The translations under genes and the position numbers were made by a program. Positions 11,362-24,239 of a DNA stretch of 64,000 nt are shown here, piece by piece. How positions within the stretch are numbered: position 1 is the first letter of the stretch; each line of letters begins with the position of its first letter. The DNA is from Flectonema sp. DT1601. Lineage: Eukaryota. Below the pieces are notes generated by a model that ran no database searches, had not been told where the DNA came from, and saw only the letters and a list, made by a program, of their open reading frames with translations. The stretch spans positions 930,001 to 994,000 of the forward strand of contig OZ025791.1 in NCBI GenBank assembly GCA_964019425.1, read 5' to 3'.

Positions 11362-14300
11362 GAAAAAGGGGAAAAAAAAAAAAAAAAAAAAAAAGTTTTC
11401 GTTTTGTGACCTCTCTCCCATTTTCTTGTTTTTTTTTTTCATCTCATGGAATGGCATAATACTAATTAATTAATAAAGCATTATTGCTATATCAATTATT
11501 TATTGTCTTCTTGCATACTTTTTTTTTTTCTTTCACATTTTGAAAACCAGCAAAAAAAAAAAAAAAAAAAAGGCTCCCTGGCAAAAAGTAACAAAAACTT
11601 TTTTTATTTTTGTCGGAAGACAGTTTGAAAAAAATTATTGCGCATGCCAGTGGGCCAAAAAGAAAAGAAAAAAAAAAAGAAAACAAAAATGCTGTATTAG
11701 AACCCCCCCAGTTTTAATTGTATTGCCAAATCATGCGGCGTGTTCCCTTTCAATAGGAAATTGTTGTTTGCGCAAAACTCTCTTCAACGCCAAAAAGCGG
11801 CTGAAAAAAAAAAAAGAAAAAAAAAAAAGTTCACTGCGCCCGCGAATCACCCTATTTTTTTCTGCCATCACAAAGTATTTTCTCAAATGCACTTTATTAG
11901 CTTTCAGAAGCTTTGGCAACGTGCACAGCCTGCTGTTGACGGTAAAACCACATCGTGAGGTTTTGGTGCTTTCGAAGGACAACCTCTCTTCCTGTCAACA
12001 GTGCTTAGCTTATAAAAATTACTTCATCTTGTCTGGCATATTAGTCATCTTTCCAATTTTCAATTTCAAAAAAAAAAAAAAAAAAAAAAAAATATTAGTA
12101 GAAGTCTTGGTGCGTAGCGTAATAATTTAAGCGAAGTTTTTAGCCACAACAAATAATATATTGTGGTTAGGGCACGTCTTGTTTTTCGTACCAAGTTCGA
12201 TTCCCCCCTAAATTCCCTCAAAATATCCCCCGCACGTTTCACGTATTTCTTTTTTTTGCTGTGGCTTTATTTAATTGTCAGAGCTATAAGGTAAGTGTGA
12301 TGAATATCTTGTTATGAAAAACAAGTCTCTCGCTCGGTGCGCAAAGTTGGAACAATCACGCGGAGAAAAGGGGAAGGAAAAAAACAAACACGTCCCGGGA
12401 CGACGATACACTTATGTCTCCGTGATACCTCTTTGTCCGCTTTTAGTTCCACTTAGTGGTTACCGTAATACAATATATAATATAACTTGACAGGAAATAT
12501 TTTGTACGGACGTTTTAGATAGCTGCCTTTCCATGGGCCCAACCCAGCGAAAAGTTATCTTTTTAACGCGATGTACTTTTCCTTTCTTTCGGTTTCGTGC
12601 AAAAATAAATCATCAACAAATGTTATATTACTTTGTTATGTATTGTTTAGGGTTGAAGCCAATCATTTTTTTTTCTTATTCTTTCAAATATTTTAATAAA
12701 AAAATAAAACATGTGTCTCTTTCTCTGTGCTGACGAGAAGTGAGGGGAAAAAAAAAACTTTTTTTCGTTACAGTGGTATTGAATGAACAATTTTTTCTTA
12801 TTTCAGTTTTATTTATTTTTTTATTTATTATTATTATTCAAATAGTTTTCATGGGCTATCTTAAACAAGAAAAAAAAAAAAAAAAAAAATTCCTAACAAC
12901 TCTGTTATTGCCCTATACTAAAAAAAATAACTGCAACGTGCATCTCTTCATCCTCTAGGTTCCCTTAGAAGTTTGGTGCAATTTCTGTGATGCTGCTACA
13001 ACACTGCTATATGCATGCTGTTTTTCGTATTCAGAGTAACATGAATTGAATGTGAGTATAACTTACATATATTTGTATGAAATACTAGTCGGTATCACAG
13101 AAATAGCATCCTTCTAGGAGGAGAATGAGATGAGAGATGCAAGTGTATTGTTATCAATTAATTTTTTATGTTATTTATTATCAACTTCCCATCAGTTTTT
13201 TTTTTTTTTTTTTTTTTTTTCGCCTGCTCAAATTGGGTTGAATAAAAAAAAGGCATTATTAAAAAAAAATCGGAATAGTTAATAAATTAGTTGTGTGGAT
13301 AAAAAATATCAAATTATTTTTACATAAAAAAAAATAAAAAAAAAATTAATAAAACGGACGGAATCGGAACGCTCTTCCCAGAGTACCCTTTTTTTTTCTC
13401 TACCGTGCTAGCACTTTGCTATGCTCAAAATCGAATGAGTGAACTGTGTTAGAGGTGACAAGCCTGATTAGGCTGACGCCGCTGTCATTCTCTGCACTTA
13501 AATAATTATTTTATTTTATTTTTTCTTTTGCGAACCACCAGAAACTTACTCTTAAAAAAAAGAAAAAAAAAAGTTGACTGTTGTTTTCAGCTGGTTAGCA
13601 CCTCCTTGGTAGTTATTTCCATGTCTGAAAAAATAATTTAAAAAATAAAACTCGACTTGTGTGCCGTGACTAAAAAACGCAACGGGAATAACTGGTGACC
13701 TTCTTTTTTTTTTTAGAAGGGTTTCCTTCAACGTATCCGAAGCTTCCCTACCTGGTGCTGTTTCGTGACCATCAACGAATTTCTTTCATTTTTAATTTTT
13801 GTTGTTGTCTGCCATTCCTCCATTCGCTATTGGCGTTTGCCGCATTGCATGTTATGCGATGGGGGAGTTTGTGCTGAAGAAAAGAAAGAAAAAGAAAGGA
13901 AAAAAAAAAGGAAAAAAAAACATCGAAACATAACGACGAGAAGACTTATGTTGGACTAATGCGTGAGAAAGTAACAAAGAAAGGTTATCTTGTTCAAAAT
14001 AAAGAAAAGCACAAGACAATTCTGGTATTACTTATCCTAGTGTGACTGTAGTGTTGGTTTATAAGTCGTTTCTTCCAGCAAGTGTGCTGCAAAAAAAAAA
14101 AAAAAAACTTTTCCATTTTTGTTTTAATTGTGTCAGATTTCCGTTCTGTTTGCGCTCGTCTATGTTGCTTCAATCCCATTTGAAACGTGTTACGGTGTTT
14201 TATTTTATTGTTTCAAAAAAAAAAAAGATGGTGATGTCAAAAAAAAAAAAAAAAAAAAAATTAAAATAAGGTTGATAATTTAAGTTAAAATTAAGTTATC

Positions 14301-15181
14301 ACCCGTCCAATAAACCCCTCACCAGAGAGAGAGATTCTGTTTTCCCATGGTTGCAGCGCCTATAAAATTATGGCTCTTTTTTAGTTTAAAGTGCCTTTCT
14401 AAAATATTTTTACACCAAACAACCCCCTGTTGTTATGTCAAGCAAGAACGCATCCTATGATGCAAAACACCCCTTAGCATAATAACGACAGGATGGGGAA
14501 AGTAGCATCAAAATAATATCTTAGTGAGCCCAGATATGGGCTGATTTGTAGGCGCTAACCATTGGGGTTTTTTTTTTAAAATTTTCTTATTTTTTCTTCT
14601 TGCCGGTTTTAACCCTTTTTTTCTTCTCTTTTTTTCTTTTTCTTGCCTGCTATATTTCTCCAAGCCTTCGATGGCCTGGTTAGGCTTCTCTAGCGGAAGA
14701 GAAGATTGGCTGCTTACGTTTATTATTGTTTGGTTTGGTTTGGTCTTCTTTCCCCTTCCTTTTGAATGAAGTAAGAAAAGAAATATCGACGTCGTAAAAC
14801 AGAAAAAAAAAAAAAATTCAGGAATATAAATAAACAAAAAAATTAAATTAAATAAAATGTTGAAATACCCCTGCAGGGATTAGTAATGTTAATTACGGTG
14901 TAAGAAAATGATGAAATGAAATTAGCGAAGCAATTTGCCTTCATCTTCAACTCATTCTTCTCGTTTTTTTCTTACATTTTTTCGGTTGATGTATCCAATA
15001 ACAACATAGTCAGTTAGTGGGTCTATATCAAGATAAATATTTTCTCATTCTGTTTCATAAGCAACTCGCTAATCATGTCTTTACTTATTTTTCTTATTCC
15101 GATACTGTTCCAAGTTTTTTAGCTTTGACAGAGGCTCTTGGGCGCCTGTATTTGTCTGTCAACTGAAGGCTGGGTGACTGA

Positions 15182-15213
<32 letters not shown>

Positions 15214-16295
15214 CAATCCTTAAAAAAAAAAGTCCAATAGAAAAATTTCAAATGAAAATAAAATTACAAAAAAAAAAAGAAAATAGGGAGAAGGGAAAAT
15301 GGATTCAAAGAAACGCCCTACTAGTATCAGGAAATGGGAGGGTCGTTTACCATTGTAAAGTCTTTTTGCTTCTGTTGTTCAGGTAGTCGGAGCTCTCACA
15401 GGGTTTCGTCAGGCTGGTCAAAGAAAAGCATTGACTACATGCAATGATAATTAGATGCTTTTTTTTTTTTTTTTTGATACTTAGCTTCAGTGAGCTGCAA
15501 CAAATCCCTATCAAATCTATTGGAAAAATGAACGTCTTACTTCCTTTTTTTTTTTCTTCTCTTTTTTTTCCTTTATTTTTTTTTTTTTTTTTTTCATTCT
15601 CTTGGTCTGAGAGAGAGTGCCGCTGTTCCTAATGTTAAAACGAAAACCTAACACTGTATTGGTGAGCGGGTCTGATTAAATTCCGTCGAATTAAAAAAAA
15701 AAAAAAGATGGCGTCGTGCTTCTTTTTTGTTCCCTTTTTTTCTTTATCGATTCTTTGTAGTTCACAGTTCTTATATCTTACGCAATCACATTCCTGGTAT
15801 CCATTGTCCGGACAAACAGTAGTTAATGCCCACAGCGATGAGAACAACCGGCTTTTCCCGATTTATTCTTTTTTTTTTCATTTCCCTTTTTTATCATACT
15901 TCCAGCACGAGAAAGAAGGTTTATACAAGTGTCAATTCCTTTTCTTTTCTTTTTTTCTTTTTCTTTTCTTTTCTTTTCTTCCCCTTTTGTTGTCTTTCCA
16001 TACTTGCTTCTGTCTCGTCATGGCAGCACAGAAGCCGGGAGCATACAAGGGTAATTGAAATTATAATCAAAATGTTTAAAACAAGTGTTTTTATGTCATC
16101 GAAGCATGTAAAAAAAAAAAAATATGTTTAAGGAAGAAGAAAAAAAAAAAAAAAAAAAATTCTTAATGGATTATATACTTGTACTCTACCGTCTCTTTGG
16201 AGAGGTTCTGCACTGATTCCTATAAAATCAACTCATCGATTTGATTATTTAATTGCAATTCTGCTTCAAAAAAGCCTTGAGTAAAAACATTGCAA

Positions 16296-16387
16296 TAGTT
16301 CATTGTATCTTTAACAGATTTGTTAAATTATCGTTTTTTTTTCTTTTTATATAAAATGTTATGATACAAAGCAGTTGGTATTTTATA
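16296..16387 (+). repeat. Dispersed copy of the PLE 3'-terminal motif
   Basis: cattgtatctttaaca..tgttaaattatcg....tatgatacaaagcagttg matches 1950-2010, 2246-2300 and 56278-56345. Confidence 0.7.
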
Positions 16388-18055
16388 GAATAACCAAAAC
16401 AATTTACCCAGAAAAAAAAAAAAGATTTTTTTTTCTTCTTCAAAATAACTCAAACACGTTGCTATTGGAGTGTGTATTCATTGTTTCGCTGATGTATCCT
16501 CTCTATTAGGCATCGTGACATTAATAGAAAGTAAAATGACCTCGGGATTGGTTCATTATTTCAAATCTTCCAAGAAACACGATTGGGAACTAAGATGTGT
16601 CGGTGACTCGGGTTTTTAATAACACTTCCAATTGGAAAAAATCGTATGCTCTCAGCTGAATGTGACCCTTGATTTCATTTTCTGTTGCAGAGCTGGTACT
16701 CTTTCCTAAAATCATAATCATGATGTGGTTTCCTTTTTTGGTTTGGCACGTTTTTTCACACCTTTTCTTCTAAATTTTATCTTTCATTTTGTGATTTAAA
16801 AATAAGGCAAGAAACTTACGGAGTTACAAGATGTTAATAGCTGTGACAACTAACTGCTATTGAGCCCTGTGTCATTTCAATTTATGGAAAGGTCACTCAG
16901 CACAATACATCAGCACACGTATCGTGGAGAGGGGTCACTCTGTATGAAGTGTTGGTGATCATTCTATACTGTTTATGTTTGTTTTTTCGTGTTTTACTGT
17001 TTCTGTTAGTGTCGCAAGGAAAGGGTGTTCCGACAGAACGAAATCTGATAAAAAATGAAACTAAGAAGAAAAAAAATAACGAAAAACAAAACACACACTC
17101 GATCTTTCCTCACGCAAAGTCTGTTTTCCCGCTGACGGTTGCTCAAAACTGATAGTGGCTTCAGGATTTACCACGTGTGGGGGAAGCACCCCAAGCTCCC
17201 TCAAAAAAAAATAAATAAATAAACAATTTTCAAAATCTTTCAATAAAACTTTCTTTTCTGTTTTAATCATGTAATGTGTGGGGTTCTTTCTTCATTTATG
17301 AGAGCCCAGTATGATGTTTCTAAGTCATGAACTTAGTTGTGGTCAGTTTTTTTTTTTTTTTTTTTTTTTTTTTTGCAACATTGTCAGGTAAGGAAAAAAA
17401 CAAAAAAACAAAACAAAGGAGTGGAAAGCAATGAAACAAATTTTGTTGAGGCAAACTCAAGGTTAACAGTCTCGTAAAGAGCGTAAGCAGTCGGTCAATC
17501 GGTTGATTTACTTCGACTTATGTGAAATGGTGATCAACTCTCTCAATGAGAGAAGTCACCGAAAAAGGAGTTGAGGGCTTTGTGATACGGGCTAATTATT
17601 TTACTGAGAAAAAGAATAGTCTGCTTGGACGTGACCTTGGAGATATAATCCTGCTGGGAGGATTTTGTTGACCTCTGCAGGATGGTTTTTGAAAAGAAAA
17701 ATAATAAACAATAAAAAAAAAATAAATAAATGAATAAAATAAAATAAAAATGGGATACAGTTCCCCAGTCCACGTACTTCTCCCCTTCGATTCCTCCCAT
17801 GGCGCCCTCTCTTCTTGTTTTACAAGTTCCTCTTTTTTTTTCTCTTCTTTTTTGTTAGTCCCTTCCGAACCACCACATGGAAAAAAAGTTTTTGATAAAA
17901 TGATTTCAGAAAGTATTAGAACAACTAACTTCTATTTTATTTACAGAAAAACAGATGAATCGTCACGGATGGCTGTCTGTGCGATAAATAAACTGAAAGC
18001 TAGTAGTTATTAACCTTTACATCATCTTACCTATAGGCCAGTTAATAGGTAAAAA

Positions 18056-18658
18056 ATGATATTTCTTTGTAATCTCTGTCATCAAGAAGTTGACACCAAC
18101 AGCAGTGAGATGCTCGTCACAAGATGTCTTCATCTTTACTGTTCTACTTGTGGTCCAACACACTTTGGAGCAGAGCGAAAATGCAGATGCGGAACAACTC
18201 TTCAATCGGACGAGTTAGTTATGACTTCTGAAATCCGAAGAGGAAAAGGAAATAAATATTTAGCAGCGGGTCTCTCTCCTGATGAGATAATGGAAGTATC
18301 ACAGTTCGCTATCAAGTTTTGGGAGAAACAAATTCTTGCGAAGATGCATCTCCTGGAGTGTGAGAACTCTCGTGTTGAGAAACTGAAGAAAGAGGTCGCT
18401 GATCAGGTGAAGACTTCTGATCGCAACATTATTCTACGAGATGAGAAAATAAAATCACTCGAAGCTGAAGTCACTCGCATCGGAAAGTCTTACGCACACC
18501 TGGAGCTATCTTCAGCAGCAAAGATCCAACAGATGCAGGCAGTCATCGATACATCTCCGAACCCAACAATCCCCGTGACAACCCCTTCAAGAACCTTCTT
18601 AACACTTCCTCCCTTTAGGCTTAATAAACTGACTGATGACATCTCTGAGTGGGCTTGA
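18056..18658 (+). CDS. HEI10: HEI10/CCNB1IP1-like meiotic RING E3 ligase
   Basis: N-terminal RING (CNLC..VTRCLHLYCSTC..CRC), then the family-typical AGLSPDEIME....IKFWEKQ and a coiled coil. Confidence 0.8.
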   Translation: MIFLCNLCHQEVDTNSSEMLVTRCLHLYCSTCGPTHFGAERKCRCGTTLQSDELVMTSEIRRGKGNKYLAAGLSPDEIMEVSQFAIKFWEKQILAKMHLLECENSRVEKLKKEVADQVKTSDRNIILRDEKIKSLEAEVTRIGKSYAHLELSSAAKIQQMQAVIDTSPNPTIPVTTPSRTFLTLPPFRLNKLTDDISEWA

Positions 18659-18988
18659 AATCTACTCGTGAGTAGTCTGCAGTAATATTGCCTTTTTCCA
18701 TTCGTACCTTCTCAATAAATATAAAGTATCCCATTGTTGTGGCAATCTCTCACTTCCTTTCTATGACTCATGTTGACGAATGGCTACCTTCTTAACTTTT
18801 TGAGTTCTTTTGTATTCCCAATTTGTATCTAAATATTTCCTCAGTTTTTGCAGGGCAATGTGGAAAATAAGGAGTTAGATATTAATCTTACCAGCACCAC
18901 GTCTCCTTTCCCTTTGGAGGTTAATCTTTTATATCTTGATTTCCATTTCTCATTTTTTCAGTTCTCAACACAGTGCACGTTCACAAAA

Positions 18989-20917
18989 ATGGCCGTCAAC
19001 GCAAAGTTGGTAATTGGAATAAATCTGTTATGCGTGGCTTTGCTACTGACGATAATTATAATAAACTATCAGCTGCAGAAGAAGATCACCGATTCCAACG
19101 ACACGATGTTGAAGACACTGCGACTGGCGACGGAGTTGAGACAGAGTTCGGATGACCTGACGAGGTTCGTGAGGACGTACACGGTAACAGGTAACTCATC
19201 GTATTGGGATTATTTCCTGGACGTGATCTCGATCAGAGACGGTAAGATGCCACTCCCCATTTATCCGCACAGGATTTACTGGGACTTGTACGTGACGGGG
19301 GGTCAACCGAGGCCGAGTGGGCCGCCATCGTCGTTGGATTCCAGAATGAAACAGGCTGGGTTCACCGCTGAGGAATTGGGTATGGTTACGTTGGCAAAGA
19401 GCAGAAGCGATGCTTTGATCGATCTTGAGAACGTAGCCTACCACGCGATGATTGGGAAATACCGGCCGACAGATCAGAATGTGAATGTCAACACCAGCGG
19501 GCTGACTGCGGAGCAGCTGCAGGAGTTCAGTGTGTCAGCTCCTCCTAATCAAACATACGCGATGGGATTGGTACATGGTTTGCCTTACCATCGTGAGAAG
19601 GCTGGCATCATGAAGCCGATTGATGATTTCTTTGCGCGGTCTGAGGAGAGGCTTTCCTCGTTGGATGGCACCACTCGTACCAGCTCGATCATTTCGGTTC
19701 TCGGGTTTGGTGTCATCGCCATTCTGACGGGGTTGTTGATCTACACCAGCATAGAGCATTGGAGAAGTATTCAGCAATGTCGAGACCTGTACAGCAGCAA
19801 GGTGCAGGCCAGTAGGATTGCCGAGTCGATAAGTGGGTTCCGTCTTGAAGAGGTCGAATATTTAAATGAATTGGAGAACCCAGATGAGCTGCAAGTGGCG
19901 TTTCTTATCATTGCTGGGAACCTGAAGCTGTATAAACCTTACTTACCATCTCACTTGATTGACGGTGACAGTGATGAGTCGGATGGTGGTGCCAAGCAGA
20001 GTACGTGTTCCGGAACAGCACAATCGTTGTCAGCATCAACAGCAACATCCCAGTCTGTAAAGGTTGCTTCTCGTCTCGCACTCGGACTTGACCGTCGTCC
20101 ATGTACGATTGTTGCTGTTTCTAATAAGTTCGCAGAAGGTCAGGTGAATCACTCAGACCATCAGAATGTTTGCAAAAAGTTTGCTCAACTTTCTAATTGG
20201 CTATTTCTGATGTCCAGCAGAACGAAGGGAAACCTCTCAATGTCACCAGCGGGAGTATTCTACATAACCTATAGAGGGAAGATATCTTCAGCAATGGATC
20301 TAATTCATCACAGCGTTGCTGAATTAGAAGGTGTCACTTTTGGCTGCTGCCACAGCAAAGACGTCTGTGGCAACATTGGAGGAGACTTTCAGCGAGGGTT
20401 TGTTAATTTGGGGCAGTCGAATCAAACAGCGGAGGTACTCAGTTCCCTTGCGGCCAGATTGGGACTTCACAACCTGATTGAAGAGAAAACATCCATTGCA
20501 GTTCCCGGTGCTTCGTTTTTGTGCCGCAGTAAGGTTCAAATGTACGACAATTACAAAGCGGAATCCAGGAAGTTGAAAGCATTCACACTCCTTGCAATTG
20601 CGGAAGCTGCTCAAGAAGAGTGGATGTATGATCTCTGTCGCAATACTAACACAGCCGTGACTGAAGTGAACGAGGCGATTGGGATGTACCTTGAAAGTGG
20701 TGAACGTAAACATCGTGACTTGATTCCGGAAACCTTGAAAGTAGAAGGTAAAGGAGATGTCGATATGTCCTGGGTCCATGAAGCTCATCCTTTTCCTACG
20801 CAAGTCTGTTTTATGTCGCGAGTAGTCAGTCTTCATCCAGACACAGCTGAAACAGTCAGAGCTGACGATTACAGAAAAACTGGGCTGATTGTATCCGAGA
20901 AATGTGAAGCTAAATAA
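18989..20917 (+). CDS. Two-TM receptor with bacterial MCP-type extracellular sensor and degenerate cyclase-like cytosolic region
   Basis: TM1, then ELRQSSDDLTRFVRTYTVTG...IRDG...YWD...FTAEEL...YHREKAGIMKPIDDF, then TM2, then LKLYKPYLP...GNIGG...EEWMY. ATG 18989 follows acceptor ctcaacacag. Confidence 0.75.
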   Translation: MAVNAKLVIGINLLCVALLLTIIIINYQLQKKITDSNDTMLKTLRLATELRQSSDDLTRFVRTYTVTGNSSYWDYFLDVISIRDGKMPLPIYPHRIYWDLYVTGGQPRPSGPPSSLDSRMKQAGFTAEELGMVTLAKSRSDALIDLENVAYHAMIGKYRPTDQNVNVNTSGLTAEQLQEFSVSAPPNQTYAMGLVHGLPYHREKAGIMKPIDDFFARSEERLSSLDGTTRTSSIISVLGFGVIAILTGLLIYTSIEHWRSIQQCRDLYSSKVQASRIAESISGFRLEEVEYLNELENPDELQVAFLIIAGNLKLYKPYLPSHLIDGDSDESDGGAKQSTCSGTAQSLSASTATSQSVKVASRLALGLDRRPCTIVAVSNKFAEGQVNHSDHQNVCKKFAQLSNWLFLMSSRTKGNLSMSPAGVFYITYRGKISSAMDLIHHSVAELEGVTFGCCHSKDVCGNIGGDFQRGFVNLGQSNQTAEVLSSLAARLGLHNLIEEKTSIAVPGASFLCRSKVQMYDNYKAESRKLKAFTLLAIAEAAQEEWMYDLCRNTNTAVTEVNEAIGMYLESGERKHRDLIPETLKVEGKGDVDMSWVHEAHPFPTQVCFMSRVVSLHPDTAETVRADDYRKTGLIVSEKCEAK

Positions 20918-21516
20918 GGAATTCCTGTGCATTCTGCATTCTGAATTGTTACAATTCAAGAGGTAAACAAGTCCGCTTCAATGTATAATAATTTGTGACT
21001 TTCTTCCTTTTTATTTACACCATTCTCTATCTCATCCCTTCATAGTACGCTGCCTTGCTTTTCATAATATTTTTAGAAGTTACTGATGTGTCGGTTTCAT
21101 TGACCTTTTCTTTTCTTTTTTCTTTTTTTTTGTGCTTTTGCTTAGATTTGTTTAGATGCTGGTTTTTTGTTACATTCTTCAGACGTGGGTTTTCGAAATT
21201 ATATTTAGGTCTGCAGGCTGACCTAATAAAAACTCGGGGAAGTGCCCATGTTCTAGTTTACAAAAGCTTATAACCCCCCTCCTAATCTTAAACAATATTC
21301 GCAGAGTTTTTTCCAATATTAATATTTCCTTCAGTCAAAAGTCATAAATTACTAATTGTTTATATTATTAGTTAACTTTGATTCAATTCACAATATTTAT
21401 ATTCCTATAAATATTGTGTCAAGTCCTCTCCCTTTGCATAACTAAAAAGAAAAAAAAAAAAAGAAAAAATACTTTCTCACTCACTTAATTTAAATTACCT
21501 TTCGGACTCAGATCAA

Positions 21517-21765
21517 ATATCAGTCAAAAAGATTTTTGCGATCAAAAAAAAACCCCCCTCTTTCGCTGTCGGGGGAGCATGATATTTTTACTTTTTTGAT
21601 TTTTTTTTTTTTTGGAATCGGAAGATGTACTTAACATGGATTGTGATGATGCAAAGAATTATCTTACAAGAAAATGTTGTGCAAGGGTTCCACTAAGTGA
21701 TTCCCGCTGAGCCAGAAGTTGGCCGAATGATGGCGCGCATTAAGATGCCGCCTCAATCGGAATTA
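21517..21765. mobile_element. Degenerate relative of the MITE at 35541-36332
   Basis: atatcagtca...tttttgcgatcaaa resembles the TIR. 21698-21718 and 21722-21764 match reverse complements of ~35804-35823 and ~35613-35654. Confidence 0.6.
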
Positions 21766-21840
21766 TTACTATTTTATCTCAATGTACAAAACTTTTTGGT
21801 CGCAATTTTTTTTTAACTTTTTGACTTTTCCTCTCCATTA

Positions 21841-22204
21841 CATACCTCTCTCACCTCCTTAATTTATTTAGGGTGAGTGCTCCGAGTGTTTAATTAACAT
21901 TACGAGTTTGCGAGTTCATAATAAACATTGCGAATTACTACCTCCTCTCCCATGCAGAAGTAAAAAAAACAACAGAAAACCTCTAATTCCACCAAAATAG
22001 TTTGCGAAATCGCCAACTCCCGACAAAAAAAAGTTGTCCGCCAGGATTCGAACTTGACCCAAAAAGTGGTTAACTATTTTTAAGGAATTAAGAGTTTTCC
22101 AAAAAAAAAGAGAAAAAAAAAAAGAAAAGTTCATACCTCTCCCCACCTTAATTTATTTAAGGTGAGTGCTCCGAGTGTTTCATTAACATTACGAGTTTGC
22201 GAGT
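21841..22204 (+). repeat. Pair of ~70-bp direct repeats (21841-21915, 22132-22204)
   Basis: catacctct...ccttaatttattta.ggtgagtgctccgagtgttt.attaacattacgagtttgcgagt occurs twice. Confidence 0.9.
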
Positions 22205-22694
22205 ATTGCGAGTTAGTAATTACTATGTTACGGCTCTGCCGAGTGTGATTTCCTTTTGGTCTCTTAATACGTGCCCGAGTGCCGCATTTAGAGCCGGCAT
22301 TAAAGTAACACGCAAGGCATGAAAAATGAAGTATTATCCCGAAACTTGCTCACATTTAACTTCAATACGTTGTTTTATTTTGAAATGAATAGTGTCGATC
22401 CAATAATGAACTTTGCAATTAACTGAATCATCTCTGTACTTTGCAACGAACATTAATTCACCAATAAAAGTATTCACGTCGTTCAATGTTACATTAATTC
22501 ACCTCCGCCGTTTTTTTAACAGGGTGTGCCTGGCCCGGCTTAGTCTTCACTCTCAAGCATTTTGTGATGGTGAAAGTGGGTTGCAGTGACAGGAAACTCT
22601 TTGTAGTTGTGATAGTGACAATAAACATTGTCTTACTGCTTTAGTATTGTATTTATTATAAATAACTTCACAACTAGCTGGTTGGTTCAATAAC

Positions 22695-22859
22695 ATGTCA
22701 AGTGATGGATTAGTCACTGCCTGTGATAGTCTTCAGAAAAAGATTTCAGAAGCCAACTGCGGATTAGATAACGCGACCTCATTGTATTCTAATATATATT
22801 CTGAAGTAGAGGCTTTGAAGAAAAGAGTTGTGAAGGAGTTGAGCCAGTGTGCTGCTGGG

Positions 22860-22890
<31 letters not shown>

Positions 22891-23072
22891 CAATAACAAC
22901 AGCAACAACCACAACTTCTTCATTTGTAATACCGATAAACGAATCTTTAATGAGTGACACTGTTGACTCAAAGCAACAAGACCTTTTCGAAAAGAAGAAG
23001 CTGCTTGAGATGAAAGAGGCGGAGTTGCGTGAACTCCGCCGTCAGGTTGAAGTAGAATCTAATACAGATTGA
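22695..23072 (+). CDS. Small coiled-coil hypothetical protein
   Basis: 125-aa ORF with coding-like composition and a poly-P/poly-T linker. Confidence 0.6.
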
Positions 23073-23300
23073 AATCCCCCCAAACTCTTCACGAAGTGAT
23101 AGAATATGTTGTAATAAATTAGAGTTATTCATTCTATTTTTATATTTTCGTAGTATTGACAGTCAACGCATGTCATTTAATAACCTTCCCCTCCTGAAGG
23201 GAATATTTATTTTAACAGGTCAGAGCAACTAAATCGATTACTGAAGGACTTACGTGTATTCACTGTGAGAATACCTTCCATTAGTAGGAATATAAATAAC

Positions 23301-23696
23301 ATGTTTAGATCTTTGAGGCAAACCTCCAGACGTAGTTACTTTAAAGTAGGGAGCGTTGATCCTTATTTCAATGCTGTTCTAGCTCAAGATACTCCAAAAG
23401 TGTTACAGATACTGAGAAATAAAGATGATGACACTGACCATGTAAGGAGAGGATTGGTTGCTCTATGGGCAATGGCTAAAGTACATGAAGAAATGAAAGA
23501 ACCAATAGGAGTTGATGAAGATGTTAAGCAGTTAGTGGAAGAAAGTCTCCTTCGGGGAATTGAAGAAAAAAACAACGACTTATTTGATGCAGCTGAGGAG
23601 TTAATAACTATGTGCAACGGATTCCCCACCAGCGACAAAATCAAAGCGGCTCTTGAACAGAAAGAAATTATATTCTCATCAGCAACTAAAGCATAA
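23301..23696 (+). CDS. Hypothetical protein with possible mitochondrial presequence
   Basis: First ATG after acceptor ttttaacag (23218). N-terminus MFRSLRQTSRRSY is R/S-rich with no acidic residues. Confidence 0.6.
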   Translation: MFRSLRQTSRRSYFKVGSVDPYFNAVLAQDTPKVLQILRNKDDDTDHVRRGLVALWAMAKVHEEMKEPIGVDEDVKQLVEESLLRGIEEKNNDLFDAAEELITMCNGFPTSDKIKAALEQKEIIFSSATKA

Positions 23697-23825
23697 GTTA
23701 ATAACCTCTCGAAGTGGATTAAACTAACTCTTTTTACGAACCCAAACTGCTGAACTTTATATCGTCTGTCGGTTTTCATATCTCAAATAGTTGTGATGTA
23801 AAAACTATTTTACTCTTCCTTTATT

Positions 23826-24239
23826 ATGATTCAGCTTATTTCCCAAATGGCAATATACAAAAAAGGAACCAAGAAAGTAATTCTCGGAAACGAGGTTCTC
23901 AGAAGAGGAACAGAACCCGGAGAGAGGATGCTGCGAAATTCACAAACATTCAGCATCATGGAGAAAGTGCTTCCAAAAATTGAAGATGGAACAATGAAGA
24001 AGACGGAAGCTGAAGCAGCACTGAAAACAGCGCAGGAGAATGAACTTCTCGCGTTTAAAATTATAACTGAAGCTGCGATGGACAACATCGACCTATTGAT
24101 TGAAGAGAACAGCTCAAAGATAACCAATGATGATTTTCTTATTATAAAATCGAAAAAGAGAAAATGCGCTCACCGGATACTACGAAAAGGAAAACTAGAA
24201 ACTCACAACAAGAAAAAACTTAAGAAGAAAAGCAACTGA
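23826..24239 (+). CDS. Basic hypothetical protein (start may be 23847)
   Basis: 137-aa ORF with coding-like composition on the common strand. Confidence 0.5.
   Translation: MIQLISQMAIYKKGTKKVILGNEVLRRGTEPGERMLRNSQTFSIMEKVLPKIEDGTMKKTEAEAALKTAQENELLAFKIITEAAMDNIDLLIEENSSKITNDDFLIIKSKKRKCAHRILRKGKLETHNKKKLKKKSN

Noticed and set aside
12141..12212. Pistol-ribozyme-like or tRNA-like 'gtggttagggcacg...gttcgattcc...ccctaa'
   Set aside because: Lacks the pistol UAAAU/GCGU core and cannot form a cloverleaf; at most a hairpin or SINE remnant.
6668..17800. Many short K/F-rich ORFs in the ORF track
   Set aside because: They are translations of poly-A/poly-T tracts in intergenic or UTR DNA with no domain signal; only 10273-11361 is a real gene in this span.
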